A DNA stretch of 64,000 bases from Eledone cirrhosa (taxonomy: Eukaryota), in the NCBI GenBank assembly GCA_964016885.1, contig OZ024743.1, forward strand, positions 182,838,001-182,902,000, read 5' to 3'. Positions 54,301-64,000 of the stretch are shown one piece after another. Position 1 is the stretch's first letter. Each line of letters opens with the position of its first letter. Under the pieces are notes generated by a model. The model made no database searches and was not told where the DNA came from. It saw only the letters and a program-made list of their open reading frames with translations. The position numbers and the translations under genes are program-made.

Positions 54301-57300
54301 TCTGTGGTTGTTTGGTGCCATGATAAAATGCACCTAACCTACTCTGTATATTGGTAGTGTTGGTGCCATAATAAAGTGCACCTAACCTACTCTGTGGTAG
54401 TGTTGGTGCCATGATAAAGTGCACCTAACCTACTCTGTACATTGGTAGTGTTGGTGCCATAATAAAATGCACCTAACCTACTCTGTACATTGGTAGTGTT
54501 GGTGCCATAATAAAATGCACCTAACCTACTCTGTACATTGGTAGTGTTGGTGCCATAATAAAATGCACCTAACCTACTCTATACATTGGTAGTGTTGGTG
54601 CCATGATAAAGTGCACCTAACCTACTCTGTACATTGGTAGTGTTGGTGCCATGATAACATACACCTAAACTTCTCTGTACATTGGTAGTGTTGCTGCCAT
54701 TATAAAGTGCACCTAACCTACTCTATACATTGGTAGTGTTGGTGCCATGATAAAGTGCACCTAACCTACTCTGTACATTGGTAGTGTTGGTGCCATGATA
54801 ACATACACCTAAACTTCTCTGTACATTGGTAGTGTTGCTGCCATTATAAAGTGCACCTAACCTACTCTATACATTGGTAGTGTTGGTGCCATGATAAAGT
54901 GCACCTAACCTACTCTGTGGTAGTGTTGGTGCCATGATAAATTGCACCTAACCTACTCTGTGGTAGTGTTGGTGCCATAATAAAATGCACCTAACCTACT
55001 CTGTACATTGGTAGTGTTGGTGCCATGATAAAGTGCACCTAACCTACTCTGTACATTGGTAGTGTTGGTGCCATGATAAAGTGCACCTAACCTACTCTGT
55101 ACATTGGTAGTGTTGGTGCCATGATAAAGTGCACCTAACCTACTCTGTACATTGGTAGTGTTGGTGCCATTATAAAGTGCACCTAACCTACTCTGTACAT
55201 TGGTAGTTTTGGTGCCATGATAAAATGCACCTAACCTACTCTGTACATTGGTAGTGTTGGTGCCATGATAAAGTGCACCTAACCTACTCTGTACATTGGT
55301 AGTTTTGGTGCCATGATAAAGTGCACCTAACCTACTCTGTACATTGGTAGTTTTGGTGCCATGATAAAGTGCACCTAACCTACTCTGTACATCGGTAGTT
55401 TTGGTGCCATGATAAAGTGCACCTAACCTACTCTGTACATTGGTAGTGTTGGTGCCATAATAAAGTGCACCTAACCTACTCTGTGGTAGTGTTGGTGCCA
55501 TTATAAAGTGCATCTAACCTACTCTATACATTGGTAGTGTTGGTGCCATGATAAAGTGCATCTAACCTACTCTGTACATTGGTAGTGTTGGTGCCATAAT
55601 AAAGTGCACCTAACCTACTCTGTGGTAGTGTTGGTGCCATTATAAAGTGCATCTAACCTACTCTATACATTGGTAGTGTTGGTGCCATGATAACATGCGC
55701 CTAACCTACTCTGTACATTGGTAGTGTTGGTGCCATGATAAAATGCACCTAACCTACTCTATACATTGGTAGCGTTGGTGCCATGATAAAGTGCACCTAA
55801 CCTACTCTGTACATTGGTAGTGTTGGTGCCATGATAAAATGCACCTAACCTACTCTGTGGTAGTGTTGGTGCCATAATAAAATGCACCTAACCTACTCTG
55901 TGGTTGTTTGGTGCCATGATAAAATGCACCTAACCTACTCTGTATATTGGTAGTGTTGGTGCCATAATAAAGTGCACCTAACCTACTCTGTGGTAGTGTT
56001 GGTGCCATGATAAAGTGCACCTAACCTACTCTGTACATTGGTAGTGTTGGTGCCATAATAAAATGCACCTAACCTACTCTGTACATTGGTAGTGTTGGTG
56101 CCATAATAAAATGCACCTAACCTACTCTGTACATTGGTAGTGTTGGTGCCATAATAAAATGCACCTAACCTACTCTATACATTGGTAGTGTTGGTGCCAT
56201 GATAAAGTGCACCTAACCTACTCTGTACATTGGTAGTGTTGGTGCCATGATAACATACACCTAAACTTCTCTGTACATTGGTAGTGTTGCTGCCATTATA
56301 AAGTGCACCTAACCTACTCTATACATTGGTAGTGTTGGTGCCATGATAAAGTGCACCTAACCTACTCTGTACATTGGTAGTGTTGGTGCCATGATAACAT
56401 ACACCTAAACTTCTCTGTACATTGGTAGTGTTGCTGCCATTATAAAGTGCACCTAACCTACTCTATACATTGGTAGTGTTGGTGCCATGATAAAGTGCAC
56501 CTAACCTACTCTGTGGTAGTGTTGGTGCCATGATAAATTGCACCTAACCTACTCTGTGGTAGTGTTGGTGCCATAATAAAATGCACCTAACCTACTCTGT
56601 ACATTGGTAGTGTTGGTGCCATGATAAAGTGCACCTAACCTACTCTGTACATTGGTAGTGTTGGTGCCATGATAAAGTGCACCTAACCTACTCTGTACAT
56701 TGGTAGTGTTGGTGCCATGATAAAGTGCACCTAACCTACTCTGTACATTGGTAGTGTTGGTGCCATTATAAAGTGCACCTAACCTACTCTGTACATTGGT
56801 AGTTTTGGTGCCATGATAAAATGCACCTAACCTACTCTGTACATTGGTAGTGTTGGTGCCATGATAAAGTGCACCTAACCTACTCTGTACATTGGTAGTT
56901 TTGGTGCCATGATAAAGTGCACCTAACCTACTCTGTACATTGGTAGTTTTGGTGCCATGATAAAGTGCACCTAACCTACTCTGTACATCGGTAGTTTTGG
57001 TGCCATGATAAAGTGCACCTAACCTACTCTGTACATTGGTAGTGTTGGTGCCATAATAAAGTGCACCTAACCTACTCTGTGGTAGTGTTGGTGCCATGAT
57101 AAAGTACACCTAACCTACTCTGTACATTGGTAGTGTTGGTGCCATGATAAAGTGCCCCTAACCTACTCTGTGGTAGTGTTGGTGCCATGATAAAATGCAC
57201 CTAACCTACTCTATACATTGGTAGTGTTGGTGCCATGATAAATTGCACCTAACCTACTCTGTACATTCGTAGTGTTGGTGCCATGTTAAAGTGCATCTAA

Positions 57301-60300
57301 CCTACTCTATACATTGGTAGTGTTGGTGCCATGATAAAGTGCACCTAACCTACTCTGTACATTGGTAGTGTTGGTGCCATGATAAATTGCACCTAACCTA
57401 CTCTGTACATTCGTAGTGTTGGTGCCATGTTAAAGTGCATCTAACCTACTCTATACATTGGTAGTGTTGGTGCCATGATAAAGTGCACCTAACCTACTCT
57501 GTACATTGGTAGTGTTGGTGCTATGATAAAGTGCACCAAACCTACTCTGTACATTGGTAGTGTTGGTGCCATAATAAAGTGCACCTAACCTACTCTGTGG
57601 TAGTGTTGGTGCCATGATAAAGTACACCTAACCTACTCTGTACATTGGTAGTGTTGGTGCCATGATAAAGTGCACCTAACCTACTCTGTGGTAGTGTTGG
57701 TGCCATGATAAAATGCACCTAACCTACTCTATACATTGGTAGTGTTGGTGCCATGATAAATTGCACCTAATCTACTCTGTACATTGGTAGTGTTGGTGCC
57801 ATGATAAAGTGCACCTAACCTACTCTGTACATTGGTAGTGTTGGTGCCATGATAAAGTGCACCGAACCTACTCTATACATTGGTAGTGTTGGTGCCATGA
57901 TAAAGTGCACCGAACCTACTCTATACATTGGTAGTGTTGGTGCTATGATAAAGTGCACCTAACCTACTCTGTACATTGGTAGTGTTGGTGCCATAATAAA
58001 GTGCACCTAACCTTCTCTGTACATTGGTAGTGTTGGTGCCATAATAAAGTGCACCTAACCTACTCTGTGGTAGTGTTGGTGCCATGATAATGTGCACCTA
58101 ACCTACTATGTACATTAGTAGTGTTGGTGCCATGATAAAGTGCACCTAACCTACTCTGTGGTAGTGTTGGTGCCATGATAAAATGCACCTAACCTACTCT
58201 ATACATTGGTAGTGTTGGTGACATGATAAAGTGCACCTAACCTACTCTGTACATTGGTAGTGTTGGTGCCATAATAAAGTGCACCTAACCTACTCTGTGG
58301 TAGTGTTGGTGCCATTATAAAGTGCATCTAACCTACTCTATACATTGGTAGTGTTGGTGCCATGATAAAGTGCATCTAACCTACTCTGTACATTGGTAGT
58401 GTTGGTGCCATAATAAAGTGCACCTAACCTACTCTGTGGTAGTGTTGGTGCCATTATAAAGTGCATCTAACCTACTCTATACATTGGTAGTGTTGGTGCC
58501 ATTATAAAGTGCATCTAACCTACTCTATACATTGGTAGTGTTGGTGCCATGATAAATTGCACCTAACCTACTCTGTACATTGGTAGTGTTGGTGCCATAA
58601 TAAAGTGCACCTAACCTACTCTGTGGTAGTGTTGGTGCCATTATAAAGTGCATCTAACCTACTCTATACATTGGTAGTGTTGGTGCCATTATAAAGTGCA
58701 TCTAACCTACTCTATACATTGGTAGTGTTGGTGCCATGATAAAGTGCACCTAACCTACTCTGTGGTAGTGTTGGTGCCATTATAAAGTGCATCTAACCTA
58801 CTCTATACATTGGTAGTGTTGGTGCCATTATAAAGTGCATCTAACCTACTCTATACATTGGTAGTGTTGGTGCCATGATAACATGCGCCTAACCTACTCT
58901 GTACATTGGTAGTGTTGGTGCCATGATAAAATGCACCTAACCTACTCTATACATTGGTAGCGTTGGTGCCATGATAAAGTGCACCTAACCTACTCTGTAC
59001 ATTGGTAGTGTTGGTGCCATGATAAAATGCACCTAACCTACTCTGTGGTAGTGTTGGTGCCATAATAAAATGCACCTAACCTACTCTGTGGTTGTTTGGT
59101 GCCATGATAAAATGCACCTAACCTACTCTGTATATTGGTAGTGTTGGTGCCATAATAAAGTGCACCTAACCTACTCTGTGGTAGTGTTGGTGCCATGATA
59201 AATTGCACCTAACCTACTCTGTACATTGGTAGTGTTGGTGCCATAATAAAATGCACCTAACCTACTCTGTACATTGGTAGTGTTGGTGCCATAATAAAAT
59301 GCACCTAACCTACTCTGTACATTGGTAGTGTTGGTGCCATAATAAAATGCACCTAACCTACTCTATACATTGGTAGTGTTGGTGCCATGATAAAGTGCAC
59401 CTAACCTACTCTGTACATTGGTAGTGTTGGTGCCATGATAACATACACCTAAACTTCTCTGTACATTGGTAGTGTTGCTGCCATTATAAAGTGCACCTAA
59501 CCTACTCTATACATTGGTAGTGTTGGTGCCATGATAAAGTGCACCTAACCTACTCTGTACATTGGTAGTGTTGGTGCCATGATAACATACACCTAAACTT
59601 CTCTGTACATTGGTAGTGTTGCTGCCATTATAAAGTGCACCTAACCTACTCTATACATTGGTAGTGTTGGTGCCATGATAAAGTGCACCTAACCTACTCT
59701 GTGGTAGTGTTGGTGCCATGATAAATTGCACCTAACCTACTCTGTGGTAGTGTTGGTGCCATAATAAAATGCACCTAACCTACTCTGTACATTGGTAGTG
59801 TTGGTGCCATGATAAAGTGCACCTAACCTACTCTGTACATTGGTAGTGTTGGTGCCATGATAAAGTGCACCTAACCTACTCTGTACATTGGTAGTGTTGG
59901 TGCCATGATAAAGTGCACCTAACCTACTCTGTACATTGGTAGTGTTGGTGCCATTATAAAGTGCACCTAACCTACTCTGTACATTGGTAGTATTGGTGCC
60001 ATGATAAAGTGCACCTAACCTACTCTGTGGTAGTGTTGGTGCCATGATAAAGTGCACCTAACCTACTCTGTACATTGGTAGTGTTGGTGCCATGATAAAG
60101 TGCACCTAACCTACTCTGTACATTGGTAGTTTTGGTGCCATGATAAAATGCACCTAACCTACTCTGTACATTGGTAGTGTTGGTGCCATGATAAAGTGCA
60201 CCTAACCTACTCTGTACATTGGTAGTTTTGGTGCCATGATAAAGTGCACCTAACCTACTCTGTACATTGGTAGTTTTGGTGCCATGATAAAGTGCACCTA

Positions 60301-63300
60301 ACCTACTCTGTACATCGGTAGTTTTGGTGCCATGATAAAGTGCACCTAACCTACTCTGTACATTGGTAGTGTTGGTGCCATGATAACATACACCTAAACT
60401 TCTCTGTACATTGGTAGTGTTGCTGCCATTATAAAGTGCACCTAACCTACTCTATACATTGGTAGTGTTGGTGCCATGATAAAGTGCACCTAAACTACTC
60501 TGTACATTGGTAGTGTTGGTGCCATGATAAAGTGCACCTAACCTACTCTGTACATTGGTAGTATTGGTGCCATGATAAAGTGCACCTAACCTACTCTGTG
60601 GTAGTGTTGGTGCCATGATAAAGTGCACCTAACCTACTCTGTACATTGGTAGAGTTGGTGCAATGATAAAATGCACCTAACCTACTCTGTACATTGGTAG
60701 TGTTGGTGCCATAATAAAGTTCACCTAACCTACTCTGTGGTAGTATTGGTGCCATGATAAAGTGCACCTAACCTACTCTGTGGTAGTGTTGGTGCCATGA
60801 TAAAATGCACCTAACCTACTCTGTACATTGGTAGTGTTGGTGCCATGATAAAGTGCACCTAACCTACTCTGTACATTGGTAGTGTTGGTGCCATGATAAA
60901 GTGCACCTAACCTACTCTATACATTGGTAGTGTTGGTGCTATGATAAAGTGCACCTAACAAACTCTGTACATTGGTAGTGTTGGTGCCATGATAAAGTGC
61001 ACCTAACCTACTCTGTGGTAGTGTTGGTGCCATAATAAAATGCACCTAACCTACTCTGTGGTAGTGTTGGTGCCATGATAAAGTGCACCTAACCTACTCT
61101 GTACATTGGTAGTGTTGGTGCCATGATAAAGTGCACCTAACCTACTCTATACATTGGTAGTGTTGGTGCTATGATAAAGTGCACCTAACAAACTCTGTAC
61201 ATTGGTAGTGTTGGTGCCATGATAAAGTGCACCTAACCTACTCTGTGGTAGTGTTGGTGCCATATTAAAATGCACCTAACCTACTCTGTGGTAGTGTTGG
61301 TGCCATGATAAATTGCACCTAACCTACTCTGTGGTAGTGTTGGTGCCATGATAAAGTGCACCTAACCTACTCTATACATTGGTAGTGTTGGCGCTATGAT
61401 AAAGTGCACCTAACCTACTCTGTACATTGGTAGTGTTGGTGCCATGATAAAGTGCACCTAACCTACTCTGTACATTGGTAGTGTTGGTGCCATAATAAAG
61501 TGCACCTAATCTACTCTGTGGTAGTGTTGGTGCCATGATAAAGTGCACCTAACCTACTCTGTACATTGGTAGTGTTGGTGCCATGATAAAGTGCACCTAA
61601 CCTACTCTGTGGTAGTGTTGGTGCCATGATAAAGTGCACCTAACCTACTCTATACATTGGTAGTGGTGGTGCCATGATAAAGTGCACCTAACCTACTATA
61701 TACATTGGTAGTGTTGGTGCCATGATAAACTGCACCTAACCTACTCTATACATTGGTAGTGTTAGTGCCATGATAAAGTGCACCTAACCTACTCTGTACA
61801 TTGGTAGCGTTGGTGCCATGATAAAGTGCACCTAACCTACTCTGTACATTGGTAGTGTTGGTGCCATAATAAAGTGCACCTAACCTACTCTGTGGTAGTG
61901 TTGGTGCCATGATAAAGTGCACCTAACCTACTCTGTACATTGGAAGATTTGGTGCCATGATAACATGCACCTAACCTACTCTGTGGTAGTGTTGGTGCCA
62001 TGATAAAGTGCACCTAACCTACTCTATACATTGGTAGTGTTGGTGCCATGATAAAATGCACCTAACCTACTCTGTGATAGTGTTGGTGCCATAATAAAAT
62101 GCACCTAACCTACTCTATACATTGGTAGTGTTGATGCCATGATAAAGTGCACCTAACCTACTCTGTGGTTGTTTGGTGCCATGATAAAATGCACCTAACC
62201 TACTCTGTACATTGGTAGTGTTGGTGCCATGATAAAGTGCACCTAACCTACTCTGTACATTGGTAGTGTTGGTGCCATAATAAAATGCACCTAACCTACT
62301 CTGTACATTGGTAGTGTTGGTGCCATGATAACATACACCTAAACTTCTCTGTACATTGGTAGTGTTGCTGCCATTATAAAGTGCACCTAACCTACTCTAT
62401 ACATTGGTAGTGTTGGTGCCATGATAAAGTGCACCTAACCTACTCTATACATTGGTAGTGTTGGTGCCATGATAAAGTGCACCTAACCTACTCTATACAT
62501 TGGTAGTGTTGGTGCCATGATAAAGTGCACCTAACCTACTCTATACATTGGTAGTGTTGGTGCCATGATAAAGTGCACCTAACCTACTCTGTACATTGGT
62601 AGTGTTGGTGCCATGATAAAATGCACCTAACCTACTCTGTACATTGGTAGTGTTGGTGCCATGATAAAGTGCACCTAACCTACTCTATACATTGGTAGTG
62701 TTGGTGCCATGATAAAGTGCACCTAACCTACTCTGTACATTGGTAGTGTTGGTGCCATTATAAAATGCACCTAACTTACTCTGTACATTGGTAGTGTTGG
62801 TGCCATGATAAAGTGCACCTAACCTACTCTATACTTTGGTAGTGTTGGTGCCATGATAAAGTGCACCTAACCTACTCTGTACATTGGTAGTGTTGGTGCC
62901 ATGATAAAATGCACCTAACCTACTCTGTACATTGTTAGTGTTGGTGCCATGATAAAGTGCACCTAACCTACTCTATACATTGTTAGTGTTGGTGCCATGA
63001 TAACATGCACCTAACCTACTCTGTATATTGGTAGTGTTGGTGCCATTATAAAGTGCACCTAACCTACTCTATACATTGGTAGTGTTGGTGCCATGATAAA
63101 GTGCACCTAACCTACTCTATACATTGGTAGTGTTGGTGCCATGATAAAGTGCACCTAACCTACTCTATACATTGGTAGTGTTGGTGCCATGATAAAGTGC
63201 ACCTAACCTACTCTGTGGTAGTGTTGGTGCCATGATAAAGTGCACCTAACCTACTCTATACATTGGTAGTGTTGGTGCCATTATAAAGTGCACCTAACCT

Positions 63301-64000
63301 ACTCTATACATTGGTAGTGTTGGTGCCATGATAAAGTGCACCTAACCTACTCTGTGGTAGTGTTGGTGCCATGATAAAGTGCACCTAACCTACTCTATAC
63401 ATTGGTAGTGTTGGTGCCATGATAACATGCACCTAACCTACTCTGTATATTGGTAGTGTTGGTGCCATTATAAAGTGCACCTAACCTACTCTGTACATTG
63501 GTAGTGTTGGTGCCATGATAAAGTGCACCTAACCTACTCTGTACATTGGTAGTATTGGTGCCATGATAAAGTGCACCTAACCTACTCTGTGGTAGTGTTG
63601 GTGCCATAATAAAGTGCACCTAACCTACTCTGTATATTGGTAGTGTTGGTGCCATAATAAAGTGCACCTAACCTACTCTATACATTGGTAGTGTTGGTGC
63701 TATGATAAATTGCACCTAACCTACTCTGTACATTGGTAGTGTCGGTGCCATGATAAAGTGCACCTAACCTACTCTGTACATTGGTAGTGTTGGTGCCATG
63801 ATAAATTGCACCTAACCTACTCTATACATTGGTAGTGTTGGTGCCATGATAAAGTGTACCTAACCTACTCTGTACATTGGTAGTGTTGGTGCCATGATAA
63901 AGTGCACCTAACCTACTCTGTACATTGGTAGTGTTGGTGCCATGATAAATTGCACCTAACCTACTCTATACATTGGTAGTGTTGGTGCCATGATAAAGTG
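48321..64000. repeat. 48-bp tandem satellite with a 43-bp deletion variant, roughly 330 units, continuing past the window end
   Basis: Unit TTGGTGCCATGATAAAGTGCACCTAACCTACTCTGTACATTGGTAGTG; the variant lacks 5 nt (CTCTGTGGTAG). Confidence 0.98.

Noticed and set aside
48641-63619. 16-aa repeat ORFs ([16 protein letters not shown]) as a repeat protein or giant RyR exon
   Set aside because: Repeatedly broken by TAG stops and 43-bp units; that frame hits TAA in the unique exon sequence
48321-64000. CRISPR array or telomeric (TTAGG) repeat
   Set aside because: No unique spacers or cas genes in a eukaryotic context; TTAGG occurs once per unit rather than in tandem

Overview
AT-rich animal genomic DNA; the SINE and RTE repeat content suggests an octopod cephalopod (inference). 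Left part: a complete 9-exon RPLP0 (uL10/P0) gene on + (TSS ~2039, CDS 3845-7548, 321 aa) whose introns carry a snoRNA cluster: two near-identical U17/snR30 (SNORA73) copies, a U22 (SNORD22)-like RNA, an H/ACA guide for 28S, and a U59/snR54-like C/D guide with a substitution at the target-specifying position. Middle: SINEs, a hAT MITE, a frameshifted DD37D (maT) Tc1/mariner element, a 122-bp loopless palindrome, RTE-type LINE relics, and a ~14.5-kb 40-bp satellite ending in a 200-N gap. Right part: seven phase-compatible exons of a ryanodine receptor on - (36129-48342). Its downstream pore exons are not visible, and its most upstream visible exon takes its splice acceptor from the terminal unit of a >15.6-kb 48/43-bp satellite. 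All family assignments come from recall and manual reading, not database searches.
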